64,000 bases of DNA from a virus. Where the stretch lies: positions 1 to 64,000 of IMG/VR virus record IMGVR_UViG_3300044712_002690. The stretch is one strand, 5' to 3'. This document shows positions 28,944-38,888 of the stretch, piece by piece (the stretch's first letter is position 1; each line of letters opens with the position of its first letter). The notes beneath the pieces are model-generated. The model worked only from the letters and a program-made list of their open reading frames with translations. It was not told where the DNA came from and made no database searches. A program made the position numbers and the translations under genes.

Positions 28944-29711
28944 TCATATGTATTTGTCTACTAATTTATTCAGTCTCTCGTCTAGTTCATAGAGTTTAAC
29001 CTTATAGTCGATTGAGATTTGACGAGCTGTTTGATATATCTCAGTAAACATCTCTTTAAGTTTTGGCAGAGCTTCCTGATGTTTTTTATACAACTCTTCT
29101 CGTGTAAGATCTGCCTCATAAAAATATAAATCATTTAATAGTTCGCAACCTTCAGAAACAAAGAATTGAAATTTATCTTGTATAAATACAGAAAATGCTG
29201 CTTCAGTCATTTCATCAAAATGATTTTCTCTAAAAGAATGTCTAAATTTACTTAGCATTTCAGTTTGAACTTCTTTTAAAACTAATCTATAAGAAGCAAA
29301 ACTAATACTACCAACTACTTTAACAATACCGTGTTCTTCGAGTGCTCTAATATAGATAGTTTGTAACATACCTCTAATTTGATCGCTTTTTTGTTCTGCA
29401 TAATTCATCTGATCTCTTATTTGAGATACATGTTCAAGCATATATTTTTCATATTGTATTTTAGTAGACTCATTTAATAATACAACAACATCTGCTTTAT
29501 GCGGACATGTTGCATGAGGTGACGATGGTTGTGCTTCAGTACTACCACCAATAACTAAATGGTTTTTTCCTAATCCGAATTTTAATCCCTTTTGTATAAC
29601 AAAAACTGAAATTCTCAGTACATTAACTACAGAGTAAAGAACTCCTGCTATAGCAACAACAGAAAACACAATTTGAAACCACAAGGGTAGTGCACTCAAC
29701 CACTCAAACAT
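28944..29711 (-). CDS. Membrane protein, one N-terminal TM helix plus soluble domain
   Basis: LWFQIVFSVVAIAGVLYSVVNVL hydrophobic helix. Confidence 0.55.
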   Translation of the reverse strand: MFEWLSALPLWFQIVFSVVAIAGVLYSVVNVLRISVFVIQKGLKFGLGKNHLVIGGSTEAQPSSPHATCPHKADVVVLLNESTKIQYEKYMLEHVSQIRDQMNYAEQKSDQIRGMLQTIYIRALEEHGIVKVVGSISFASYRLVLKEVQTEMLSKFRHSFRENHFDEMTEAAFSVFIQDKFQFFVSEGCELLNDLYFYEADLTREELYKKHQEALPKLKEMFTEIYQTARQISIDYKVKLYELDERLNKLVDKYI

Positions 29712-29726
29712 TCTATTATCCTCACT

Positions 29727-30173
29727 TTAACGATAGAGTGAAGAAAATAAGAATGATATATTTATTGTGTTTTCATTTTCTTGAAAATTAGTTACTTTTA
29801 CTGTAACAGGATTTAGAGCATCTGTTCCTGGAAATTCTTTATGAAACACTTCAGAAAATACATCATATAAGTAGTCGAGTAAAAATTTACCATGTTCACT
29901 TTGTTTAAAAAAGTTTAATATGTTTCCATATTTTAACATAAGTAAATCCCAATCTGACTTACTTCTTTCTATGGAGCCGTCCATCTCAACAGATGCATCT
30001 AATACACTATCATCAACTTCTGAATCCACTTCTGGTCCATTACTGAAATTAATTTGTTCAATAAATAATTGTTCAATTGTATCCATTTCATCAGAATCTA
30101 ATTCAATATTCTCTGCTGCATATATTTTAAGTAGCTCATCAACTGTTTTTATATTTTTTAATTCCATACTCAT
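29727..30173 (-). CDS. Acidic hypothetical protein
   Basis: Start revised to the ATG at 30173 (GGTGG RBS, ATGA overlap with the micro-ORF stop). Confidence 0.5.
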   Translation of the reverse strand: MSMELKNIKTVDELLKIYAAENIELDSDEMDTIEQLFIEQINFSNGPEVDSEVDDSVLDASVEMDGSIERSKSDWDLLMLKYGNILNFFKQSEHGKFLLDYLYDVFSEVFHKEFPGTDALNPVTVKVTNFQENENTINISFLFSSLYR

Positions 30174-30253
30174 ACCACCAAAAATAAAAATCCTACCATA
30201 GCACCAATAGCACAAAGAACTAAAATAAAAATGATATCATTTTTTGAAAACAT
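30170..30253 (-). CDS. 27-aa hydrophobic micro-protein (not in the ORF track)
   Basis: MFSKNDIIFILVLCAIGAMVGFLFLVV; TGATG overlap upstream and ATGA overlap downstream. Confidence 0.55.
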   Translation of the reverse strand: MFSKNDIIFILVLCAIGAMVGFLFLVV

Positions 30254-30576
30254 CACTGAAGTTCCTCTGGTTTAGGAGGCATAGTCATGTATAACATCCT
30301 TGGACTTAATATCATCTCTATTTTTGTTTTTAGTAGATTCCAATTCATATAATCATCTTGTTGTAATATTTCTTCTAAATCAGAATATTCAGGATCATCT
30401 ATTTGAACTTGTTCTATTGAAATAAGAAATTCTTGTGATTGTTGCACATAAAGTTCGGAAAAAATGATTATTCCAACACTTTTTCCTGTTTGCATATCAA
30501 TAATTTGTCTGTTAAACAACTCTTCTTCATTAGCAAGTTTAACAAACTCTTCAAGATTCTTTGCTTCCTTATACAT
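30253..30576 (-). CDS. Acidic hypothetical protein
   Basis: Start revised to MYKEAK (ATG at 30576), one base after the upstream stop. Confidence 0.5.
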   Translation of the reverse strand: MYKEAKNLEEFVKLANEEELFNRQIIDMQTGKSVGIIIFSELYVQQSQEFLISIEQVQIDDPEYSDLEEILQQDDYMNWNLLKTKIEMILSPRMLYMTMPPKPEELQ

Positions 30577-30577
30577 A

Positions 30578-30925
30578 TTACTGACCAAAAGATAGATTAT
30601 TCTCAATAAGAAGATGTGTTGTTGCAAGAGCGAAATTGTCTATAATTCTTTCTTCTTCTTCCTCATCTAAATCAATAGACATATTTAATTTAATTATATG
30701 AAAGATTTCATGAAACAGTGTATGCCAAACATCAGCAGGTTGTGAGTCTTTGTTACAGTAAATTCTTATTTTAGAAGAAACAAAATCTGCTTGACCAAAC
30801 AAAATATCTTGATGATTTTTATCTACTTTGGATAAATCGTCAAAATACTCTACATCATAAATTTTAGAAAACAAACGTATTTTAGACGGAAGTTCATTTC
30901 TTTTTGTTACTTGTGTTTTTTTCAC
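30578..30925 (-). CDS. Small HExxH zincin-like metallopeptidase
   Basis: LFGQADFVSSKIRI...TLFHEIFHII...EEERII. Confidence 0.6.
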   Translation of the reverse strand: MKKTQVTKRNELPSKIRLFSKIYDVEYFDDLSKVDKNHQDILFGQADFVSSKIRIYCNKDSQPADVWHTLFHEIFHIIKLNMSIDLDEEEEERIIDNFALATTHLLIENNLSFGQ

Positions 30926-31036
30926 TTTGTTACATCCTTAGTTAATTTCAGTGAACAAAGACCTATCTACACCTATTGTAGACCTATTAACTAAGAAAAT
31001 AATAAAAATGTAGAAATAATTTTAAGTGAAAGAAGA

Positions 31037-31375
31037 TTAAGCTAATAAAACAAATTCAACAGTAGAAGATTCAATAAAATAGACAGATAAGTGCGTAATT
31101 GTATCTGCTATATACATGGAATCTGTAGATTTTAATGTTTTTGCACCGATAGCAGAAGAGCTCATAGTTATTCCTGGTCGTAAAGAAAAACGAATTGCTC
31201 CTGTTCCTACATTATCAATTAGTATATGTGAATAAGATTGATCTAATGTTATGTCAAAATATGTTATAGTGCTGTCAGCAAAATTTAAAGATATGGTTTC
31301 ACCAGCAGTACCTGTAATAACATACAAAACAGTATTTGCTAAGGGTTCTGAAAAAGCAGGAGGTGTTCTAGGCAT
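31037..31375 (-). CDS. Small beta-sandwich hypothetical protein
   Basis: 112 aa, alternating beta pattern, AGGA RBS. Confidence 0.5.
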   Translation of the reverse strand: MPRTPPAFSEPLANTVLYVITGTAGETISLNFADSTITYFDITLDQSYSHILIDNVGTGAIRFSLRPGITMSSSAIGAKTLKSTDSMYIADTITHLSVYFIESSTVEFVLLA

Positions 31376-31384
31376 AATATCCTA

Positions 31385-32311
31385 CTATAACGGAACATTT
31401 GTTCTGATGTTAAACCCTAACATAGATGTTAATGGCATAATTCCGCTATGTTGGATCATATTTAATGCAGTTCCGAAGATACCTGTTGCTTCATATGGAA
31501 GAGAACCAACACCAATACCAGCATGATTCGCAAAGTCCCATTTTACTAGTTCTTTTTCTTTTTGATAGCTAACAAGCAATCTATCCATCCAAGAAGCAAC
31601 GTAATTAACTTTGTCATATGTAATCTGTAAGCCAGAATCACTTGTAGTAAAGTTAAGATCAACTTCAAGTATTCCCCAAGCAACTAATGCTCTTATCATA
31701 GCTCCCTGAACAAGAAGATCAGTAATACGATAAGGAATACCCACCGCGCTTTCTTTTAGATAAGGATTATTTATCTTATCAACATCTGATGATGTAAAAT
31801 TCCAATAAAATTGTGTAGAAGGAGGATGAATATTAATCTCAATTAACGCACCCTCTATAAAACGCATAACTTCGCTAATCGAAAACTTTTTAGGATAACC
31901 TCCAGCCATAGAAACAACGCCACCATCACCGATTCCATCTATATCTTCAATAACAGTTCCTGGATTAGGTAATCTCTTTCTAACTAAGTCTATTCTATCT
32001 AATACATGTTTTAAAATTTGATATTCTGCTGATGAAACAACATAAAATAATTGCTTATCTAAAATAGAATAATCAGTTATGGATGGAGTATATTTAGGAT
32101 AGAGTTCTGCATTTGATATTACAAAACCTACTCCATCCATACCTGTTGAAGTATACGTGGTTGCTCTCCACGCATAGTAGTCCTGCAGGGTTGTATAGCC
32201 TGTTGATGTATCGTAAACAACATACGTCATTACATCTTCAGCAAGAATTTCTTCTGTATAAAATGTAACTGTTGTAGTATCTTGGTAAGGTATATCAACA
32301 AGTCTTAACAT
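31385..32311 (-). CDS. Head-tail adaptor / neck protein
   Basis: Two genes after MCP; FIEGALIEINIHPP..LLVQGAMIRAL..FTTSDSGLQITYDK is connector-like. Confidence 0.55.
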   Translation of the reverse strand: MLRLVDIPYQDTTTVTFYTEEILAEDVMTYVVYDTSTGYTTLQDYYAWRATTYTSTGMDGVGFVISNAELYPKYTPSITDYSILDKQLFYVVSSAEYQILKHVLDRIDLVRKRLPNPGTVIEDIDGIGDGGVVSMAGGYPKKFSISEVMRFIEGALIEINIHPPSTQFYWNFTSSDVDKINNPYLKESAVGIPYRITDLLVQGAMIRALVAWGILEVDLNFTTSDSGLQITYDKVNYVASWMDRLLVSYQKEKELVKWDFANHAGIGVGSLPYEATGIFGTALNMIQHSGIMPLTSMLGFNIRTNVPL

Positions 32312-32317
32312 ATTTAC

Positions 32318-33232
32318 CTACAGTAAATCTTTTTTCTTCTCATGCACGAACATTCTAATATCTTTATCTTGGACTGCACCGAGAATGTAATCTAATTCAT
32401 CAACATCTAATCTTTCTGTATTGACCCATTGAATAAATTCAACAGGTGAAATTCCAAGATGGGGTTTATCTGAATAGCTAAGTCTTAATTTTTCTAGTTT
32501 AGCTTCTATAACAGGTCTAACTGGTTTTTGTGTTTTACCTTCACCAGTAGCTGCTTTCAATTCTGACATTACTTTAAACTGCTCTATTTTATCTTTGTTT
32601 CTTGCTTCTCTTTCTATTTCTTCTGCATATTCTTCGGGAGTAAGACGTTTTAAAAGTTTTTCTTGTCCGTAACCAGATAATGCAACACGAATGTCTCTAG
32701 ACTTTTTAATTGTTTCTAAATCAGCAAGTTTCATTAAATCAATCACAGAGCCACGTGAAATTTTGTCCATGTCAATAACATCAGAAATAACAACATGCCC
32801 ATTACTAATATTTTTAACATAGAATGTTTCATCACCATATTCATCTAAATATGAACGAGCTTGTTCAGGTTTGTTACTTCTAGAAATAGTATCATAGATA
32901 CCTAATTTAGATTCAGCAGCAGCAATTCTATCTTTAAGGCTTCCTTGTTTATTACTAATTAGTTGCTCTTGCGGTGCCATTTGTGGATAGCTAGTTTCAA
33001 GAGTTTCTGTGTGATTAATATCACTTGAATCTGTAATTTTCATTTCTTGTGCTCTTTTAGTAGCTTTAATGATAAGTTGTTCTTTTTGTCGAAGAAGCTC
33101 TTGTTGCTCTGCTTCTTTTTGCATTTGAAACTTCCTCATTAAAGAGTCAGGATCTGTGGGAGTAACAACAGTTCTATCAAACTGTGGGTTCTTTAATTGT
33201 TCATCAATGTCCGGAATAAAGTCTTCTTTCAT
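32318..33232 (-). CDS. Hypothetical protein following MCP
   Basis: 304 aa, AGGAG RBS. Confidence 0.55.
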   Translation of the reverse strand: MKEDFIPDIDEQLKNPQFDRTVVTPTDPDSLMRKFQMQKEAEQQELLRQKEQLIIKATKRAQEMKITDSSDINHTETLETSYPQMAPQEQLISNKQGSLKDRIAAAESKLGIYDTISRSNKPEQARSYLDEYGDETFYVKNISNGHVVISDVIDMDKISRGSVIDLMKLADLETIKKSRDIRVALSGYGQEKLLKRLTPEEYAEEIEREARNKDKIEQFKVMSELKAATGEGKTQKPVRPVIEAKLEKLRLSYSDKPHLGISPVEFIQWVNTERLDVDELDYILGAVQDKDIRMFVHEKKKDLL

Positions 33233-33306
33233 TTCATTTCTCCTATGTAGGATGTAATTTAATCTACTGTAAAAAATAGAATTTCATGGTTAAGGTTTAA
33301 GGAAAT

Positions 33307-33340
33307 AAAAAAATTGCGGTACATTTGCATGTACCGCAAT
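33307..33340 (-). terminator. Intrinsic terminator after the major capsid gene
   Basis: Perfect 12-bp stem ATTGCGGTACAT/ATGTACCGCAAT (33313-33340), 4-nt loop, poly-T tail on the minus strand. Confidence 0.85.
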
Positions 33341-33371
33341 CGAGAAAAGTATATATTGCTTCAACCTAGCT

Positions 33372-34553
33372 TTATGCCATCCAAGAAGGCACAGTAGCGC
33401 TAGATTTGATAGCACATGCAATTGCTCTTGGGTTAAGAACAACCTGGCTGATTTGCTCAAGGAATAGCCATCCGTATGAAGGATAACCAAACACGAACTG
33501 GTCAGCAGGGAAGACGCTCAGCTCAACACGAACTGGCATAGCACCAAGATAACGTCCTTCAGTTACTGCAAAGATCATACCAGCAGGAACAGAAACGTTT
33601 TCAAGGCCTTGTTCGTCAACACCAGCAGTTACATATACATTAACGCCCCAGATCGAACCAAAGACACCTGTTAAGAGAAGATCTCTTGAAGTGATAGGAT
33701 CGAAATCGATAGCGTTAACATTTTTCTTCAGGTCGCCAAGTTCTTGACGATTCATGAGGAATTTGTCAACTTGCAGACGATGTCTTTCAACTTCATACTG
33801 TAAAGTTTCAAGAACTGATTTCGACACTGTAGAAGTAACATTAATAATGTCATTCTCAAGTGCAGCAGCGCCATAAAGCGACTTCAGTCCCTGACGGTCT
33901 TCTGTCAGCATGATTTGGAAGGTCGTCTTGTCGTGTGTACGCTCAACAACGTCAAACTGTCTTTGAGCAATCTCGCTAACAGTAATTTTTGGTTGAGCAG
34001 TAACAAGAAACTCAGGAGGGAACACTCTGTTACCACGAACTTGGCTACCAATCGTTTGTCCGTCTTCGTTTGTCACGAGGGCAGTAACGTTGATATCTTT
34101 TTCGTAGCTATTAACTTGTCCCTGAGCTAAGTTGTGCGTACGGAATACCTGGCGGATGAAACCTTCATAGTCCAGACGGTCCAGGACAAGGGGAATCATC
34201 TCAGAACCGAAACGAAGTCTCTCCTCAGGAGAACCTGAAAGAGCGGCTTGTACGATTTGCTGTTTTTCTTCTTCAGTATAGTATGGTTTGTTATGAGCCA
34301 CACGATACTTTTCTCTCATAGCAGCAAAATGCTGGAGTTGCGTAATAGCATCAGCTTTGCTGCTAGCATTAAGTTCACCACTAGCATTAAACAGTCTGGA
34401 ACCGCTTCTTTGTGCACGACCATTCGTGTCAATTCCACCGTAAGCTTTGGGGTCAAGAAGATTCTCGTCATAAATACGAGAAGCAACTTTAGTAGCTTTT
34501 TCGCTGGCTGTTTTCTGCATTACTTCTTTCTTATTCATACCATCAGACCACAT
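33372..34553 (-). CDS. Major capsid protein (HK97 fold)
   Basis: 393 aa; LVLDRLDYEGFIRQVF, VFPPEFLVTAQPKI, GVFGSIWGVNV, VPAGMIFAV..YLGAMPVR; TAAGGAGG RBS, higher-GC codons, strong terminator. Confidence 0.85.
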   Translation of the reverse strand: MWSDGMNKKEVMQKTASEKATKVASRIYDENLLDPKAYGGIDTNGRAQRSGSRLFNASGELNASSKADAITQLQHFAAMREKYRVAHNKPYYTEEEKQQIVQAALSGSPEERLRFGSEMIPLVLDRLDYEGFIRQVFRTHNLAQGQVNSYEKDINVTALVTNEDGQTIGSQVRGNRVFPPEFLVTAQPKITVSEIAQRQFDVVERTHDKTTFQIMLTEDRQGLKSLYGAAALENDIINVTSTVSKSVLETLQYEVERHRLQVDKFLMNRQELGDLKKNVNAIDFDPITSRDLLLTGVFGSIWGVNVYVTAGVDEQGLENVSVPAGMIFAVTEGRYLGAMPVRVELSVFPADQFVFGYPSYGWLFLEQISQVVLNPRAIACAIKSSATVPSWMA

Positions 34554-34567
34554 ATTGCCCTACCTCC

Positions 34568-35275
34568 TTACACCAGATTCAATTTCACATGAAGCTCTGG
34601 GTCATCAGCAGTAGGAGCTTTTGTGATAAAACCGATTGCAGAACCAGCGCTAGTAGCTGTTAAGTAACCGGTAGCGTTTTTGTAAATATTTGCACCAAGT
34701 GTATAAGCTGTAGCAGATGTGGTGTCATAAGTAGTAGTAGCTACTTCACCAATTTCTTCTAACAGAGCTGCTTTTCCTGAACCAACAACTTGATTGATAC
34801 CAGAAAGATCAACATCTTTATACTGATAGGTAACATAAACTGTATCAGTAGCACCAATAGCTACGCGAGTGATAGCACCTGAGGTAACATCAATCGTATA
34901 GTCTGTTGTTTCTGTTTTAGGTGTAGTTTGATCGTCAGCATATACAACATAAGAAGCTGCTTTTACATATGGTTTAACATAAACGATATTAGGAGCCGAT
35001 ACGTTTTCACCAAATGTATGCTCTTCTAAAACAACCGTGCGATAGAAGTAAGTAGTATTGTTCGTAAAGAACATACCAACAACTTTATCACTTGTAGCAG
35101 AAACAGTCTGGACCATTACTTTTCCATTAACTGTAGCGAGTTTAGCCATCTGGCCAGCAACGAAAGTAGCTGCAGGATCAACTTCTCTCCAACCTGTAAC
35201 AGGCATGTTGGAAAGTCTACGAACTGCATTCACGATACCATTGCGTCCCAGAGGAGGAAGAATACCATTAGACAT
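34568..35275 (-). CDS. Capsid decoration/cement protein
   Basis: Between scaffold and MCP; FVAGQMAKL..VVGMFF and YTLGANIY..GYLT..AIGFITKAPTA pattern. Confidence 0.6.
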   Translation of the reverse strand: MSNGILPPLGRNGIVNAVRRLSNMPVTGWREVDPAATFVAGQMAKLATVNGKVMVQTVSATSDKVVGMFFTNNTTYFYRTVVLEEHTFGENVSAPNIVYVKPYVKAASYVVYADDQTTPKTETTDYTIDVTSGAITRVAIGATDTVYVTYQYKDVDLSGINQVVGSGKAALLEEIGEVATTTYDTTSATAYTLGANIYKNATGYLTATSAGSAIGFITKAPTADDPELHVKLNLV

Positions 35276-35293
35276 AAAATGTCCTCCTTAAAA

Positions 35294-37408
35294 TTACTTA
35301 CCGCTTCTCATTTCGGCGTACGTTTGACGCCAGAAACGGGCATACTTATCATCGTCTTTACTGACTTGAGATCCACGAAGAGCAACCGATGCTTTATCGC
35401 TTGCTGTTTTAACTTTGGGTTCAATTTCTTCAGCTACTTTTACAGAAGCGTCAAATTCACCCGAATATTTTTTCGTAAAAGATGCTACTTTTAAAAACTC
35501 AGGCATATCTTGTTTAGCTAATGTATCAAAAGCTTCTTTAACAACTTCCATCTGGCTTTGTTCGAAACTATCGATATAAGCATTATGCACTAAAGCTTCA
35601 GCAGCTTCTTTTTCGATTCCAAACTCAACTATGTTTTTAACCATAGCTTCTTTCAAAGGATTAGAAATAAGTCCTTTGAGTTGCTGAACAGAAGCAATTT
35701 CCATTGCAAGTCTCATCTTAGCAACTGTTTCTTCAATTTCAGTTTTTCTAAGTTCAGCAGCTTGCTTCAGAGTAATTGTTTTTTCTCCAGCAGCTTTGTT
35801 AAAAGGTTTAGAAATGTCCATTCCAGGATCTTTGGGTTTTCCACCACCAGACTCACGTCCTTGACCAAGGAACTTTTCTTTCTTATCTTTTGTCATCTCT
35901 CCAGATTTCATATCTGAATTGATTTCACTTGCTTGCTCGCCTGCATTAGTAGCATTAATATCATTAAATTGATATTCTTTAGGCTGCTTAAAAGGATACA
36001 GATTTGCTTGTTTACGAGCCTCAGCTAACTTAGCCATACGTTGCTTGATTTTATCAAGAACTTGTGCTTTAGCTTCCATAGTAGCACTCATAGGATCACC
36101 ACCTTCTCCACCGCTCATTGGAGCATTTTTAGGTTCTTTAGATGCAGGATCACCTGCAACTGGAAGAGTAACTTTATCTCCGCCTTCAGCAGCATCCATA
36201 GCAGTTTTTGTTCCCTGTGTAGATGAAGCAGCTTTAGGAGCTTCAGGTTTTTCTTCTTTCTCAGGTTTTTCTTCTTTCTCTTCACCTTTTTCTTCTAAGC
36301 CTTTAGGAGCTTCAGGTTTTCCTTCTTCTCCTTCAGGTTTCCCCATAGAAGGTTTAGGAGCAGGTTTAGGAGCAGGTTTAGGTCCACCGCCACCGCCAAT
36401 GCCAGAAAGCATGTCAAGGCCTTTGCCTTTTTCTTTCTTAGCTTTGTCGATCATCATATCGCTTTTGATAGCTGAGTCAGCGTCAAGTTTAGCACCGCCT
36501 CTTTCTCCAACAAAGGATTTGAGGTTTTCAGAAAGCTTATCAAGAGCATCTTTTAATTTTGAAACTAAAGAAGGAATATCATCGACACCCATGTCCATGT
36601 CCATTCCCATTCCCATATCTTCTTTAGCTTCGCCTAATCCAAGGCCTTCTCCAAGAGCGTCAAATCCAGCTTTCTTTACATAAGCATTAGCTAATGCTGT
36701 TCTTGCTTGTGCTACGCTATCTACAGCGTATGATAACTGGTTGAGAGAGTCAGTGATATTAATACCTGGCTCAATCGCACCGTTATTCACGAGTATTTCT
36801 TTTGACATACTAGTTCTCCTACTTGAATCGTTTCCAGATTCTTGTGATAATGGTTCTAAGTTCTTGTCTTCTTGCTCCTCTTGTGTTGGAGATTTTGTAA
36901 GAAGATCATTAAAAAAATTCATTATCTCTTTTTCTTCTCTAGAAGGTAAAAGTTCTTTAAGGCGATCAACACGCCATCCTTTTTCGTCAACCAGTCTATT
37001 GACTAAAGTTTCAAGATCTATGTCTTTTAACGAGACATTTGCTTTCCTTATATCTTGACTTGATTGACTTTCTTTGTTAGTAATGAGTATATCTTCTATA
37101 TCTTTTTTCAACCTTTCGGTTGATCTCTCATTCAATATTTCTTCTGGTGTTTTTTGTGGGCCCATTGGGACTGGTGGTTTTTTACCACCACCAGGAGCAG
37201 GCGGTGCTGCACCACCTCCGCCACCCCCTCCACCTAAATCAGGCATTGGTGCTTTTGGTGGCTGTCCTGGTTGCCCAGGTGTTTTACCCATATTGTTAAC
37301 ACCAGTAGCATCCTTTCCTTCTCCTACTGGAGTATGAAGGTTGGGTACTTGTGTAGGTGTCTGACTTCCTGGCCCTTCGGTCGGCGGAGTAATAATATCT
37401 TCGGGCAT
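35294..37408 (-). CDS. Capsid scaffolding protein
   Basis: 704 aa, low-complexity P/G/K/E segments, helical C-terminus ending in a short aromatic/basic helix; many K-x-A motifs. Confidence 0.65.
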   Translation of the reverse strand: MPEDIITPPTEGPGSQTPTQVPNLHTPVGEGKDATGVNNMGKTPGQPGQPPKAPMPDLGGGGGGGGAAPPAPGGGKKPPVPMGPQKTPEEILNERSTERLKKDIEDILITNKESQSSQDIRKANVSLKDIDLETLVNRLVDEKGWRVDRLKELLPSREEKEIMNFFNDLLTKSPTQEEQEDKNLEPLSQESGNDSSRRTSMSKEILVNNGAIEPGINITDSLNQLSYAVDSVAQARTALANAYVKKAGFDALGEGLGLGEAKEDMGMGMDMDMGVDDIPSLVSKLKDALDKLSENLKSFVGERGGAKLDADSAIKSDMMIDKAKKEKGKGLDMLSGIGGGGGPKPAPKPAPKPSMGKPEGEEGKPEAPKGLEEKGEEKEEKPEKEEKPEAPKAASSTQGTKTAMDAAEGGDKVTLPVAGDPASKEPKNAPMSGGEGGDPMSATMEAKAQVLDKIKQRMAKLAEARKQANLYPFKQPKEYQFNDINATNAGEQASEINSDMKSGEMTKDKKEKFLGQGRESGGGKPKDPGMDISKPFNKAAGEKTITLKQAAELRKTEIEETVAKMRLAMEIASVQQLKGLISNPLKEAMVKNIVEFGIEKEAAEALVHNAYIDSFEQSQMEVVKEAFDTLAKQDMPEFLKVASFTKKYSGEFDASVKVAEEIEPKVKTASDKASVALRGSQVSKDDDKYARFWRQTYAEMRSGK

Positions 37409-37478
37409 GCTCTCCCCATCTTATTATATGCTAGCAAACAGAATTATAGTATTTTCTACTATAAATTTAAGGATAAAA

Positions 37479-38888
37479 TTATTCTTCTTTTAACACATCA
37501 AACAATGTAGGACTATTTCCCGATGTGCTACCTGCAGGTTTTACAGGCTTACTCATTTCTGGCTTACCCATTTCAGGTTTAGCTTCTTCTGGTTTTTTAG
37601 GTTTTGTCTTTTTAAGATCTGGAACTTTTATATTCTCTTTAGCAATTTCTTCAGAACCATCTTCTTTTTCGTTTATAATAATTGTAGTAGCTAATTTTTT
37701 AAGAGCAAATATAGCATTATCAAGTGCTTGTTTTCTTAATTGATTATCAATATTATGCCCAACAAATTTACCAGTTTTAATTATTCTTTCTGCATCACTG
37801 TGAATAGCTTGTTTTAATAAATCCTTATATTCATTATTAATAGCTAAAGATTTTTCCCATTTATCATATACACTTGATAATTTGTTTATACCACTATAAT
37901 TAGCAACATATTTCCAAAAACTATTAGCGTACTCGGAAAACTTTTCTTTATTTGTATCAATATCATGTAAAATAGATGCATATTGAGAAATAATTGCTTC
38001 TGCTTCGTTCTTAACATCAGTTTCACTAACTTCTTTTGCTATTTCTTCTAATTCTGGAGTTTTGCTTAAGATTTGACTAACATCATATGGAGTGCCTTGC
38101 ATTCCAACTTGATGAACAAGCTTATCCGCTTCAAACGAAGCTGCTTTTAAAATAACATCTTCTCCAGGTAATCCTGATCCAATATAAACTTGTTTTAACT
38201 TTTCTACTACTTGATTTATTTGTTCTTGAGTAGCTCCTTCTGTTAGAGCTATTGGGCGAACTACATCCATAAGCCATTCTTTAGTTTCATTATATTCATT
38301 ATGTCCCTGTTCTTCTGGTGTACTATAGTCAGTTTCTGGATTAGAAGAAAAATATTCAACTAATCTGTCCTTTATTTGATTAACAAACTCATCTATATTA
38401 AAAGGTTCACCCGAAGGGGCAGACGTTTGTACAGCAGGAACAGTTGCTTGACCAGGAATACCTGGAGTAATTTCTGCAGCACGAAACTTTCTATCGGTAG
38501 CGGGTTCTTTTAGATATGTAACCAAGTTACTAATCTTAGCTGCTTTTTCAAGAAGTATTTGATCAATATCCATTGTATCTGCCCCTAATTTAGTTACTAA
38601 TTCTTCAAATGCTTTAGTATACCCTTGCTCATTTGGAGTTTTCCAGGTAATGTGTAATCTTATTTCATTCTCAAATGCTTTATCAGTATGATATCTTTCT
38701 TTATGACTTTTTATTAAATCATGAACTTCTTTTTTAGTTCTTACAAATACCTCATCGGTTTTTTGACCAAAATCAAAAACTTCAACAGAATAACCTTGAC
38801 CAAACTGAGAGCCTGGGGCTAACTTTTTTATTATAAGTTCTGTCCCCTGACCAGCAGTGTTAGGATCTCTACCAGCAAGTTTAATCAT
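37479..38888 (-). CDS. Probable head assembly/internal protein
   Basis: 469 aa between protease and scaffold; MIKLAG, LKAAS, RKQAL motifs. Confidence 0.5.
   Translation of the reverse strand: MIKLAGRDPNTAGQGTELIIKKLAPGSQFGQGYSVEVFDFGQKTDEVFVRTKKEVHDLIKSHKERYHTDKAFENEIRLHITWKTPNEQGYTKAFEELVTKLGADTMDIDQILLEKAAKISNLVTYLKEPATDRKFRAAEITPGIPGQATVPAVQTSAPSGEPFNIDEFVNQIKDRLVEYFSSNPETDYSTPEEQGHNEYNETKEWLMDVVRPIALTEGATQEQINQVVEKLKQVYIGSGLPGEDVILKAASFEADKLVHQVGMQGTPYDVSQILSKTPELEEIAKEVSETDVKNEAEAIISQYASILHDIDTNKEKFSEYANSFWKYVANYSGINKLSSVYDKWEKSLAINNEYKDLLKQAIHSDAERIIKTGKFVGHNIDNQLRKQALDNAIFALKKLATTIIINEKEDGSEEIAKENIKVPDLKKTKPKKPEEAKPEMGKPEMSKPVKPAGSTSGNSPTLFDVLKEE

Noticed and set aside
28944-29711. 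Holin (T4 T-like) assignment
   Set aside because: Only the topology fits; there is no endolysin nearby and no recognisable sequence motif
33264-33280. Late promoter motif TTCTAWTTTTTAC, also near 50590 and 58645
   Set aside because: Only three imperfect, very AT-rich copies at inconsistent distances from starts; one lies inside a terminator loop; chance cannot be excluded
36045-36683. 212-aa plus-strand ORF
   Set aside because: Antisense shadow of the low-complexity, higher-GC scaffold gene; no RBS context or recognisable motif
33372-37408. Higher GC in the capsid and scaffold genes as a sign of horizontal transfer
   Set aside because: Better explained by codon bias of highly expressed genes and Gly/Pro/Ala-rich content; gene order is canonical
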